DNA from: Octopus bimaculoides | Lineage: Eukaryota | NCBI RefSeq assembly: GCF_001194135.2 | Contig: NC_069005.1 | Span: 19,223,260 to 19,287,259 of the forward strand | Direction of reading: 5' to 3' | DNA length: 64,000 nucleotides | Part shown: one piece after another, positions 13,273-26,828 of the stretch | How positions within the stretch are numbered: the stretch's first letter is position 1 | How the letters are laid out: every line of letters begins with the position of its first letter | The notes under the pieces: generated by a model | Databases searched by the model: none | What the model saw: the letters and a program-made list of their open reading frames with translations, nothing else | Told to the model about the DNA's origin: nothing | Program-made: the position numbers and the translations under genes

Positions 13273-14364
13273 CATAGAAAGCAGCTTATATTTAAATTGG
13301 GTAATTATTGTTGTTAAAACTGATATCAGCCCTCATCCAAAATATCTGTGATCCAAGACATTCTGTTCATGACCATCTAATCTTTTTAAATATAATTTAT
13401 TTCAGACTACAGTGGCCAATGTGTCTTACTTGATGATAAAGTGATTTTAGAGATTTAACTGTTATTTGTAACAGATCAAGTTTTTTTGTTACTTTATCAT
13501 TAGTCTCAGAATAAATATGAGACTTAGGTAATGTCCTCAGAATCATCAGCATTTTAGCATCCAATTTGCTATGTTAACATGGGTCTGATGTGGTTTATTG
13601 AAGCAGATTTTCTATGACCTGATGCCCTTCATGTCATGAGACCTCACCTGTTTCTGAGCAAGCTAGTTATTTCCCCAAAGCCAGACATGTTTTTTACAGA
13701 ATATTGGAAATGAGAGTGACACTTGTTTACAGTTAATATACAATGTAAAGACAATGAGACAGAAACACACACGCACACACTCACATGCACGCATGCACAT
13801 ATACCTGTGTATAACATATATTCATATAATGGGCCTCTTTCAGTTTCTGTCTGCAACAAACTGAGTTGGTTTTAAATTTATTACATTTATCAGTTACTAT
13901 GTTGGAGTTGTAGGGCTGTGGATTTACTAGTCTCACAAATTGAGTTTGTTTTAAACTTTTAACATTCATCCAGCTCCATATCAAAGTTACAGGACTGGAG
14001 ATATTCTAGTGTACCTCAAATTGAGTTTTTTTTTTTGTTTGTTTGTTTGTTTTTTTAAGTTTTAAAATTTGTTCATGTAGAAGAGATATCTGTTTAGTTG
14101 TTCATTTTACATCCATTCTGCCTATTCTTGCATGGAGTGGACAAATATATAATTTGAGGCATTGTTTTACAGCTGGATGCTCTTCTTGACACTAACCCTT
14201 ACCTATTTTTCATGTAAGAGATTACTTATTCCACACAGCTTCTAAAGTATGAAGTATCCAGACTATTTGTTGATCGGAGAACTGACTACAACTCTGCTTA
14301 CCATGTTTTTGTACAAGTGATTGGTCACAGAAGTTTACACACACACACACACACACACACAAGG

Positions 14365-14880
14365 CACAAGCATGGCTGTGTGGTAAGAAGTTTGCTTCCC
14401 AACCAAATACTTCTGGGTAGAGTTCAATGGTGTGGCACCTTGGGCAAGTTCCTTGTGAGTGGATTTGGTAGATGGAAACTGAAAGAAGCCTATCATATGT
14501 GTGTGTGTGTGTGTCTCATTGTCTTTACATCGTGTGATAGTTGTAAATGAATGTTACTGTCAAACGAGCAATATTCCAATATTCTGTAAGACCCTGTCTG
14601 GCCATGAGGAAGTATTACATTGCTTGGCAACAGGAAAATTTGCTTCAGATAAACTGCAGCCAATGCATGCATGCTTAGAACAGTGATTGTTAAATGATAA
14701 CGATACCCATATGTATATGATAGTTTTCAGTTTTCATCTACTAAATTCACTCAAAAGGCATTGGTCGATCTGAGGCTCTGGTATAAAACACTTGCCCAAG
14801 ATGCTGCATGTCAATCCTGGGACTGAACTCGACACCACATGGGCGAGAAGTGAACCTCTCAACTACACAGTCATGCCTGC
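14365..14880. mobile_element. Two major SINEs: 14365-14700 (+, RTE-type tail) and 14720-14880 (-)
   Basis: GGCTGTGTGGTAAGAAGTTTGCTTCCCAACC head, followed by an inverted head. Confidence 0.7.
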
Positions 14881-15954
14881 ACACAGCTACAAGACAAGAC
14901 CATGCTTACTTGCAATGTTTTTTTACAGACAAGGGAACTAAGAGGATTGAAGATGGGTCTGATGGCCAGGTTTAATAAAATTAGAAGGATTTTAAACTTT
15001 TTAAATTTGTCCTGCACCATGTCAAAGAAATAACTTAATCTTCATCCTTAACAAAGGGAGAAGGGTTAAAAACTCTGTATTTTGAGGGAGGTGGGGGTTC
15101 AGTATTTTTCTGTTCAAGAACCATTATTTTAGGGGTCAAATGGTCCTTGTAGAGGTTTCTTTATTGGTACTTTATGAACCCTTAGTCATTTTTTTTTTTG
15201 TTTTAGTTTTGCTCTTTTTAAATTCTTATAGTATGACTAAATAATTTCAATTTTTTTATTGTTACTTTTAATTTTATCCTTACATTTTTTTTTGTTGTTT
15301 TTTTGCTCTGCAAGTTTGCAAAGCATGTGTGTATGTTTGTTTAAAGTATTAATTATGATGAGTAAATGAAAACAAATTTTAACGTGATATTTTGGAGAGA
15401 AATATATACACACATTAACATAAATCTGCAAAGTTATCTTTCCACCAGACTGGAATGGATGAAATTCAAAGAATATTTTAGAATGACATCTAACTGATAA
15501 GAGATATTTGCAAACATCAATGTCTGTCTGTGTGTATCTGCATGTTTGTGTATGTGCTTACGCATGCAATTTTAGACTAAGGCATTTTTTAGACAGATTA
15601 AAAAAATATTAACTATATGTGTATTTAATTTTTTTTTAAATCTCACACATACACATCTATAGAAATTTATATTATACACAATAAAAAAAAATTCTTGAAG
15701 TCTGTACCTTAATGAAATTAATTCTACACCATACTGTGTCTGTCTACAAGCCAATTATGATTTGTGGCTGGCAAACCTCTTTTCTTGTCCAGTTGTGCCA
15801 AATAATATTTAAATTTCTCTATCTCTCACTCTCTCCCTTCCTACCCCACTCTCTCTCAGTAGAAATGGCAACAGCTGCTCAGGTAACTTGTAAGTAGTGT
15901 GTGTAAATATTTGTATTTATTGTGGCCTTGTGCCTGAGCTGGATGTATTCTGTA

Positions 15955-15955
15955 T

Positions 15956-16000
<45 letters not shown>

Positions 16001-16219
16001 CGTATATATAAACACATACAATAATGCACATTCAAATACATACATTCACACACACATAAATACAATAATGCATAAAATAATTCAAATACATACATATAAA
16101 GATATATATATAATGTATACACACTCATACTTATGTATGTATATAATATGCTGCTCATGCATTCAGGCCTACACATACACACACCACACACACACAAATG
16201 TGTAGGTGTATGAATGTGT

Positions 16220-16272
<53 letters not shown>
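15955..16272. repeat. (CA)n ... (TG)n microsatellites in inverted arrangement
   Basis: (CA)n at 15955-15990 and (TG)n at 16215-16270. Confidence 0.9.
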
Positions 16273-16276
<4 letters not shown>

Positions 16277-16774
16277 AAGCTGTTAGTCAAGATTAAGACA
16301 TCCATGTTGGTGTAAGTAAGCCTAATTTGTAATAGTCATCGTATGCAATGAGTCAGGAGTAAAGGGAGAGTTCGTATAATAAACAATGAGTAATAGTTGA
16401 TGCTTGAAGAGAAATTCTTTTCGGATCAGATTCCATTTTTAATTTCACACTTTACAAATATTAACGGTTTAAAATTTTTAAGGGAAAAATACATTTTTCA
16501 AACTTTGAAAAAGAAATTAAATTATCAAAAATACGTAAAATTGTTTTTTGTTTCTTTAAGGAAACCCATTTGAATGTAATTTTATTTTATTTATTTTATT
16601 CTATCCCCACACACATAAACAATTTCCGTCCCTGTAGTATTTTTGTTGTTATTGTTGTGCGTTGGTGTTAGGAAATGTGGGAGTGAGGCAGACTCCTCCC
16701 CTCCCCCATTTAACTTAAGACCAGGTATCATTAAATTGTTTTACTATGTGTATTCTGGGTTTTTGGAATAGATT

Positions 16775-17110
16775 CACAGCTGTGGGGTTAAGCAGCTTCT
16801 TTCCTAACCATGTGGTCTCAGGTTCTGTCCCACTGTGTGGCATCTCGGTGAATTGGCTTCTACTATAGCTCCAGGTCAGTCAAAGCCTTGTGAATGGATT
16901 TGGTTGTCAGAAACTGGAAGAAGCCTGTTGTGTGTACATGTGTATCATCATCCTTTGATGTCCATTTTCCATGCTGGCATGGGTTGAACGGTTTGACCAG
17001 AACTGGCAAGCCAGAGAGCTGCATCAGGTTCCAGTTTGATTTGGCTTGGCTTCTATGGCTGGATGCCCTTCCTAATGCCAACCACTCTACAGAGTGTGCT
17101 GGGTGTCTTT
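16775..17110. mobile_element. Major SINE head (+) fused to an RTE 3' end (-)
   Basis: Head at 16775-16940, then catcatcctttgatgtccattttccatgctggcatgggttg. Confidence 0.7.
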
Positions 17111-18135
17111 TATGCAACACTCGCACATGTATGTATATGTGTACATATATCTTATATGTCTGTGTGTATTTAGGTGTACCTTTATCACCCTCATACAAGT
17201 GATGCTGTTTGTTTCCAATCTTCCATGGAAAACATGTCTGGCGATAGGGAAGTAACACCTAGCCGGAAAATAGGTGAGGGTTGGTGACAGCAAGGACATC
17301 TAGCCATAGAAAATCTACCTCAACAAATTCTGTCTGGCTCAGTGTGTGTTTGTTTGTATACCCTTGCCTTGACATCATGTGATAGTTATAAATGAGTATA
17401 ACTATCATATAAGCAATGTTGTTCATTTCCAGTCTTCCATGAAAACATGTCTGGTTATAGGGAAATAATACCTAGCCTGGAAACAGGTGAGGGTTGGTGA
17501 TAGTAAGGACATTTGGCCATAGAATAATCTGCTTCATCAAATTCCATCTGACCCATGCAGGCGTGGACAGGTGGACGTTAACTAGTGATGGTAGTGGTGA
17601 TATGTGTTCCTGTGTGTCAGAAGTAACTAAAAGGGTTGGCAGCTAGAAGAGCATTTTGGCTGTATGTATGTATATGTTTGTCTAAGAATATGTGAAGGTG
17701 CCTAATGGTCATGGTCATGGGTTCAATTTCCAGACTAGGCAACAATGCATTGTGTCCTTGAGTAAGGCACCTCCTTTCGTTCCAGTTTGCTCAGCTGCAA
17801 ATGAGTACCAACCAATAGCTGGTGCAGCTGTCACATCTGTGATGCTCTACCAGATCAAGGGTGGAATGGCCAAGAGAGTATCTATGCCTGCTTGGTACTA
17901 AACAGGCACCTCAAACAATTATTGAAAGCCAGGTACATGCCACCAGGTCATATTCACTTGTGATTGACAACTAAGCTTTTTCTTTAACAAAAAATTCATT
18001 GCATCTATGTTTGTGCCTGACCATTGCTTGACAACCGGTGTTGGTGTGTTTACATCCCCATAGCTTAGCAGTGCCCCAGTGTGGCTGCAGTTTAATGACT
18101 GAAACAAGTGAAAGATAAAGATGATAAAGTATGAT

Positions 18136-18332
18136 TTAACCTTTAGCATTCACATTGACTGTAAATGTTTTTAAGTTCCAGTTGGCCAAGATCTGGCCTC
18201 TCACATCTACCCTACAATGTCATTCTAAAAATAAACAATCATATCAAACTCTCAAAGCTGCAAGATAATGCAGGTTAAATCAAAGCAATATGCATTACAT
18301 TTGACAGAGTAATTTGAATGCTAAAGAGTTAA
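18136..18332 (-). mobile_element. TTAA-flanked MITE, family 1
   Basis: TTAACCTTTAGCATT ... AATGCTAAAGAGTTAA; internal sequence is the reverse complement of 4408-4629. Confidence 0.7.
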
Positions 18333-20299
18333 GGGGGATTTGGTTGCTACTTCCAGCATATCAACTGTTCCTGTGGAAATCTTTTCATTGGCTTGTGATG
18401 GTCTCCTGTACTGGTTTTCCACCTTTTTCTTTTCTGTCGTTTTCTCTAAATAAACATTACTGAGTGAAAGAATGGTTGGCCTTAAACTTCTCATTTCTCT
18501 GATGGTTAATAAACCTTTTCTCAGCAACATCTCTCCTGTTGAGTAATTTTACTGAATTTAAACCTTAAGGCTTTAAGGATGATTGCACTCTTTTCATTTT
18601 TGGTTGGTTGATTTTTTTTGTTGCCTCTTTTCTTTTTTCTTTTTTTTTTGCCAACATTATTCCATCTGTGATAGTCGTTGGTTCCCAGCAGTTAAGAGCA
18701 TCACAGTAAGAAGAGTTTAACTATCCTGTTAACAATTTATGTGGCTGGGCTGAGTTGAACTACTGTAGGAAGTGTTGTCAGTTGTTCTTTATATCCCAAA
18801 TAACCTCCTGATCAAGTAAGTGGATGATCAGACATTCCATTCATGACTGTCTTTAAGAACATCACAGTTAAGAAGATTTAACAATCATGTTAGCAATTTT
18901 TATGGCTGAGCTGAACTGCTGTACAAAAGGAAGTGACACTCCTAAGCAAGCTGCTGATCAGCCGTTCTATTTGTGACTACTCCATGTTATTTTAGACTAT
19001 AATTGCATCTGTTCCTCAGAGCTGGTGGCTCTTGTACATTCATCACTCAGGTACCCACCAATCCACCCTTCTCTCCACCTTTTCCTTCATTCTCTCCATT
19101 GTTGCATCCAACTTCACCAGTGTCTGCATCGACCGCTACGTCCCGTTCTTTCTCCCTTGCATGTGTTGACCCGCAACTGTTTAAAAAGAATATGAATGGC
19201 ATCAAAACGACCAGTTTTGGAGGGCTTGCAAAGGGTCTTGGGTATTATTCTTTTCTCCAGACTCACCAAGAAAGAAAAAATAATTCATTTGAGGACTGCT
19301 CCTACCTAACCCTTTATATAACAGTTTGCCACAGACTTCCTCAGATTTCATGTTATAAACTTCTTGTCTTAAAGTAATCGAAATTGACCATTGGTGAGGA
19401 TATCTTGTTTGACCACATTCAAATGGAGACTATTTGATTTTGGCACAGCTTCTATCACCAACTGTCTTCAACCATTAATTTGCATCGGCAGCAGTTTCTC
19501 TCTCTCTGTGTCTGCTCTTTCTCTACTATTATGATGGTTTCTGCTGTTCTGAAGTAGCTACCTTTCACTCCAGCCTAACTCTATTCCTCCCATTTTGCCT
19601 CAGCCTCCAAAGACAGTCCCAACACCACAGGTCTGAAACGGTCAAGGTCACCAGATATTTTATGGGGTGGGGAAAGCAATCTAGAACAGGACAAATTTGC
19701 AGTCCCATCCATCAGCTCAGAGCTAACATTTTTGCTTAAAAAAGAACTGGGGTTCATTTGTCTGACTAAACCCTGTAAGGCAGTAACCTCCAACTGGGCA
19801 CAGTCCAGTGATTGAGACAAGTAAAACACACACACACCATTTTTTGAATCTATGCAAATATTGATTTCTCATATTGGCACAGCAGGGTCAGTCGATTTCC
19901 AGGAAATGGATTAAACGCATTGATTAAATCAAACCTGAGTATATAACTGGTATTTCTATATTTCAACTTCTACTCTCACAGTGATGAAAGGCAATGCTGA
20001 CCTTTCTTTCTTTGGCAATAGGATTTTCAACTCACAACATAAGGGAGATTAATTAAATACCAATATTTTCTAATTGCCCCACTGATTATTGTTGTTGCTG
20101 AGCTTTAAAGCATTCTAGCCATGAGCATCCACGTCTACTTTCAGGACTACATTATTCAATGTTTTTGTTTTGTTTTTCTAAAGATGGTAAGTTTTTGGAT
20201 AATTTAGTTGTTATTTCTAGCAAATAAAACGACCATACAGAGTCCATCATGCTTTAGTCTCTTTTGTTACATCTTGTGTTTTCAGAATAAAACAGTTTA

Positions 20300-21521
20300 A
20301 GCTTTAAAATGAAATAAACAAAATGACATAAACCAAGGCGAATTTTCTCTGACGAAAAATCCCTGATTCACTACTTCTCACCTCCCTACCCGTTTCTCAT
20401 ACAATATCGAGCTGTTCTTAGATACAACGTTTATGTCACGAGATCCTAAGCTGGATACTCGATTTATTACGTAGTCTTCTTACCAGTTTCTCAGTGCAGA
20501 GGTGTGTGATATCTCTTCTCTCTCTATCTATCTCTCTTCCCCGTTTTCTCTCTCTTTTTCCATATCTACCCTTCCTCTCTCTCTCTCTCGTCTCCTTTCT
20601 CTTCTCCCTTCTATCTTCTTACTTCTCTTTGTCATCACCCCTCCTTCCACTTATTTGTTTTTCTCTTCCTTCTGTCTCCTGTCTCTTCTCTCCTCCCCTC
20701 CTCTTGTCTCTCTTCCACTCTATTTCCCCCTCTCTATTTCAGTCTCGACTCCTTTTTCTACTGACTCCAAGTCTTATGTCTTCTCTTTCCTTCTTTGTAT
20801 TTTCTCTCCCCCCTCTCTCACTCGACAGGGAGAGGTGGTGGTGGTGGTGGAATGCTAAACGCAAATACTACCAGTATATTAAAACATCATCCTTTTAACA
20901 TTCTCAGTTCAAATCCCTCTAGGGGGGAATTGTGTAATAAAAGAAAATGTCCTGTAGAGAAAAAAACATATCAGTTATATATTAGGGTTAATTAGAATAG
21001 AACTGAATCGATTCTACCCGTTCACCGCCAACATCGCCGCCGCCACTGTCACACACCACCCACAAAAAATAAAATATTAAAATGAAATCTGTGGCCTTGT
21101 GTACTTTTTCTACAGAAATCGATAACAGCAGTGAAGTCCCTCCACTTATGCAATTTCTGTTGTTGCTGTGGCTGAAATTACTTTTGTGTGCAAAAGTCTT
21201 ACATTTATTTGTGTATGAATAAATAGATATGAGATTGGTGTTCTAGCCATGACCATCTTGTCATATTTTTCAGAAGCACTTCCTTGAATATTTTTTAAAC
21301 GGTATGGTGTGGTTTGAAGGATTTGACTGCTATTTCTGTTGCGGTCGTCGTAACGACGACAGTATTTGCTGCTGCTGCTGCTATTGTTGTTGTGATTGCT
21401 ATAGGATGCAACAACAACGGCTGTTTTGATAACATTTACTACTACTACTAGTATTACTACTGCTGCTACTACTACTACTACATGTGTCTGTGCGTGCGTG
21501 TATGTATAGTTAAAGATGTGC

Positions 21522-21561
<40 letters not shown>

Positions 21562-23358
21562 GATATACCTCAGTATATAAGGATGTGTGTTATATGCATA
21601 TCATATATACACATGTGTATGAATATATGTCTGCGTTTGTATGCATATTTATGTATATATAAACTGTTGCTGTGCTACTGTTATTACTGGTACCACAGGC
21701 GCTGCTGCTGCTTCTTATAACATTGCTGCTGCCGCTGTTACACTGTAGCAACAACAGTAACAGTGGTAGTGGGTGGTAGCGGCGACAGAATTTAGTATCT
21801 CTAGCAGCAGCAGCAGCAGTTATAAAGCTTGTTATACAGGCTATGTATGTATGTATAGCGGAGAGCACCACCCCCTCCTTCTTTCACAAGAATGTGGCAT
21901 AATTAGTATCTGTGTAGGTGAAGTTGAATTTTTTTTCCCCTTCTTTGTTCCTATCTGTCTTTTATCGCCTCTACCCACTCTTGTCTTTCATTTCTCATCG
22001 CCCAAGCGAGAGTTGCTCGCGTTACCCAGGCGCACAACCGTTGCCTTCTTTCAGTGGGACTTGGGGGACAGACACACATACACACTCCCACATACATACA
22101 CTGTCACTCACTATTCTATCTGTCTTTCGTCTGATGTGGTCACTGGTTTAAGTTGACCTGGCCTGGACTTGTCTTGGCTTGGTGTCACTTACCAAGTCGC
22201 CCGTCCTCATCTTCTCACACACACGCCGCGGTCTACCTACCTATTCTTTGCCGCTGCCGCCCTCTCTTCACCCAACTCTACCTTCCTCTAGTGGGAAATT
22301 TTTACAAGTCTTCTCTGGTTGTCCTTTCTTTGAGTGAACAACAGAGAAGTCAGTTGAGTTTTTCCAGAGCGTTCTGATACAGGTTTGTTGAATTATTAGT
22401 ATTAATCTTTTTGTTTGTCACCATCTTTTTTCCCTTCCTTTGATATTGTAGCCAACACATCCACATACTAACACACATATATAAGTACTTAAAAGTGCAT
22501 GCGTACACACACACATTTCTGTATGTCTGTATGCCGTCGCTGCACACACTTCAATATTAAAACACGTACACCATTCCTTGACGTAAATACACGCGCGCGC
22601 ACACACACACCACTCCCGTTCCTATCATCAACTGTTGTTATCGGAGCCTCACCAGCTGTTCTAATCATTCCTTGTTGACTTTCTGAAATTGCCATCTGGT
22701 CCTGCTTTGAAGCCGTTGACACACGCATACACACATACACCCACTTCTGTGTGTCTGTCCCTTGTAGGAAGGAATGTGTCTACCTCTTCGAGTTGTCACA
22801 TTTCCTTTTTCTTATTTTTCTTTTGATATCGATGTTAAAATGTCTGGTCTAAATATTTAATCCCACCCTCAACTTCCATATCTATTAGCTGGACTACCAA
22901 CTTCAGTTTGACAAACAAATGAAAGGTAATTTATTTGACTAAAAAATTTTTTGCTGCCGTTTATTTATTTATTTTTTAACGACATATATATATATATACA
23001 CGCAGTCATACATTCTTAAATACATACACACATACACTAAAACACGTTTTTAAACACTCCCACATACATGCATTATTAAACAGACATTTATACATACATA
23101 CTTAAACATATTCACATGCATTTCTCATTTACACATATATATTCAAAGACTGTTTCTCAAATATTGAGTTCTTTTACAGTGCGACTACTAGGCTGAGGTT
23201 TTCAGTCCGTAAGCTACTCCGAGTTTTGTTCTGTTCACATTGCTTATGCGACACCATAAATGAATTCATTCTGCTCTTTGCCCATCATGGGCGGTACGCA
23301 TTCGCGTAATTATATACATGCATACATATATATCTACACACACGCTGCGCACATTCTA

Positions 23359-23401
<43 letters not shown>

Positions 23402-23746
23402 TACAAGCATACATGAGCGCGTATGTGTATTTTTAGTGGCGTTATTCGATATCGTCTTTATTTTATATATACCAACACACGAAACTCTTGGACCTTGAGT
23501 CACTCTTTTGTGCTAAATATTAATAAAAGTGTGTGTATGTATATATATACGTACACATATATGTCTATTGAAATCTTCTGATCCTTGTTTTTCCAAGTAT
23601 CCTCCTTGTTACGAGAGGAGTTTGGCTTTCGATGAGCAATATCATTTTCTCTGTAGAAATACATATTACTAATCCGTTGTCTATCCCCACAACCTTATAT
23701 AATACTGTCACGTACACACACTCTCTGTGTGTGTGTATATATACAC

Positions 23747-23782
<36 letters not shown>

Positions 23783-24600
23783 GTGTGTGCCACCCGCGTT
23801 TTTTGGCGTATGTACTCGTGCGGGTATATGTATGTACATATATATATGAACCGCTCTAACACATGTATGCTTACGTACGTATATACATACATCCGTGACT
23901 AACGGGAAGTAGAAACTCAAAAGTAGTAACGAGGTAAAAGCTCCGGCTTGAATTAAATAATATATATATATATATATATATATTGAATACTTCTTCTACA
24001 TTTATATTCATACACGCACGCACATGATCATATATATAGTACTTTTTCTTCTACATTTATACTCATACGCACACATGGTTTTATATATAATACTCACGCA
24101 CATATACATACACACATTCACATCTACCAACCCTATTTGTGACACTGGGGTGGATAGACTTACAGCCATATATTTGTCTTCATTGACATGTTAAACTATT
24201 ATACTATGGTGATAGCGTGTAGTATGTGTATCTATGTATGTATATATATATATGTATATGCATATAGCGTGTGCAATACTTTTTACCTGGTTGTCTTGAA
24301 ATGAAATTACAAGTAATTTACTAGGTCTGTTCAATGTGACTATAACTCCTCCTCCTCACCAGTAAAAAGTAGTCATTATTATAATTTAGTATGGAGTGGT
24401 GGATAACAAAGGTGGAGCGACGGGTTGAATAGCTTGGTCATTTTAATTACGCCCCCTTCATGCTCCGAGTTCAAATCCTGTTGGGAGTTTGCACTTTGCT
24501 TTTTTTTTTTTTTTTGCCTTTATTTGTTTTCGAAGTCGCTTAAATAAGGTACCGATTGCAGTTTAGATTCTTCAACCTCACATTGACTGAGCAGCCCAAA
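20300..24600. promoter_or_regulatory. CpG-retaining, repeat-poor island; probable promoter/first-exon region, possibly bidirectional
   Basis: Dense CpG (cgccgccgcc, gcggtcgtcgtaacgacgac, acgccgcgg, acgcgcgcgc) contrasts with the CpG-depleted flanks. Few SINEs, CT/GA-rich and trinucleotide tracts, and a CRE-like TGACGTAA at 22579-22586. Confidence 0.55.
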
Positions 24601-24902
24601 TAATAAAGATGTTGAAGTGGTTACTATTTTTTTCTTTCATAAGCCTTGTCTTCCCCCCCCCCAGTTTAAGGGTGATTTAGCTATTTCTAGGAGGTCAAGC
24701 GACTGCATAAAACAAGGGCTATTTATTGGTTTGTTCGATAAAATATTGAGGTAGATTAAATCCCCACATCTTCACACAAGCATTAAGACCGTTGTTCTTG
24801 TGCATGCGTTTGTAATTATCATAATTTTAGATCTTACATAGGCACCAGGCCTCGATTTTAAGAGGATAGCAAAAAAAAAGGGGGGGGGGCAATGGATTAA
24901 AT

Positions 24903-25156
24903 CAGTGATTCTTAACCATTTTTTGTACTTATGAACTCCCTTGATTCCTCTTTTACCCTGGTGGGCTCTCACGGCCATTCGATATTTAAAAAAAATCCTA
25001 TTATATTTTTATACTTAGATATTAGGAATTGCATAAAATATTAAGATATTTTGTGTATTGTAAAAGTATAAGTAATTTATTGCTCATAAATTTCAACAAA
25101 AAGATCTTGTATGAACCCCCCAAGGGTCATGTGAACCCAGGTTTAGACAGGAGTGG
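24903..25156. mobile_element. Degenerate hAT (Charlie-like) MITE
   Basis: Left end CAGTGATTCTTAACC resembles the CAGTGGTTCTCAACC TIR type. The right end (gtgaacccaggtttagacagg) is degenerate and no TSD was seen. Confidence 0.4.
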
Positions 25157-26439
25157 AGAGGGGTAGTTGAAGACTGACTGGGAGAACGAAAGGTGAAGTT
25201 CATCTTGGTGGGATTCAAAACTAGAACTTCCGGTGAAACTCTGAGTGCTCAGCCAGTTTCATTGCTCAAACAAACTGATGAGTAAAGGCTTTGCCATCAT
25301 CACCATTTTGTCCTTTCTTGTAAGCAGGAAACTCGAAGTCACATTAACTGAGATTTGGTTACTATTTCTAGCATGTCCAGCGACCATGTACAAGCATTCT
25401 TATCAGTTCACACTCTTATAATTTGGGTGAGCCAGTAAAGATGTTTAAACATGGTCGATTGAACTGCTAGAAATAGCAGCCATATTTCGTTAATGTGGTC
25501 TTGTATTTCCTGCCTGTAGAAAAAACAGGATGGTTATGATAAGGTCTTTGATGATATATGCTTGTCCAAGACTGACCTGGGTTTAAAGAGTAACAGGAGT
25601 AACGCATGCAGCTGTTGTCTCTTGGCATTTTATTGTCTGCAGTTTATGTACCTAGAATATTCTTGTATATTGTTCATTATTATTATTAATCATTATTGCA
25701 AAGAAAGATTGTTCTTGAAGTGGCAGTCATTAGAGGATCAGTGAGGAAGGTGTCTTTACAGTATTTTAGTTCAAATCCTGCTGCGGTCAACCTTACTATT
25801 TATCCCTCTGGGGTTTTCAATGTAATAAAATAGTCAAATACTAGAGTTGGTTTAATCCTTTCTCTCAAACTTCTGGCTTTGTTTCTATCATCGCCATCAA
25901 CATTGAATGTTTTCTATGCTGGCATGGATTGGACAGCTTGACAGGAACTGGCAAGGCCAGAGCCCGCATCAGGTTCCATAGTCTATTTGGCTTGGATTCT
26001 ATGGCTGGATACCCTTCTTGGTGCCAACCACTTTACAGTGTGTGCTTCTTACATGATACCAGCACCCACATCAATGCTTTGGACTATCTTTAGAATGATG
26101 TTGCAGAGAAGACATGAGAGGTGGGATCTGGCTGATTCGTATACAAAACAGAATATTTGGGCTGGTTATGGCTAATGAGTTAGTTTCTAGTTTTACTTTA
26201 CATCACTATCTTTACAGTCAAATAGTGGGGCTGTTAACTCTGTGTTAAGGCCTGTGTGTCTTTGTAAGAAAATATTACTGACTTCAGATATTGTTGGGGT
26301 TAACTTTACTGTTTATCTTCCTGTGATTGACAAAATAAGTACTAGGTTTAATGTTTCTCACTCCCAAATGTGGGATGTGTGCTAATGTCCAAGACCATAC
26401 AGAGCAACGAAACCTTTCTTCATGCAAACTTAACTTTTT

Positions 26440-26638
26440 ACTTGTTTCATTCATTGGATTGCGGCCATGCTAGGGCACTGCCTTGAAGGGTTTAGTCAAA
26501 CAAATCAACCTCAGTGCTTTTTTTTTAAAGTCTGGTACTTACTGTGTCTTGGTGCACAACACTCTTATGTGGATGTAACTAAACCAACACCACTTCTCAA
26601 GTGGGTGAGGGATAAACACATGCATAAGTGTGTGTGTG

Positions 26639-26687
<49 letters not shown>

Positions 26688-26828
26688 GGCTTCTCTCAGT
26701 TTCCATCTACAAAATGCACTCACAAAGCTTTGGTCGACCTGGAGCTAGAGTGGAAGACACCTGACCAAGGTACCACACATTGGTACTGAACCTGGAATCT
26801 TGTTTGAGAAGCAAGCTTCTTACCATGC
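26440..26828 (-). mobile_element. Major SINE, full length
   Basis: Same family; internal (CA)n. Confidence 0.78.

Noticed and set aside
22489-22740. Minus ORF MAISESQQGMIRTAG... in the CpG island
   Set aside because: Flanked by dinucleotide repeats and has only a modest donor; cannot be supported as coding
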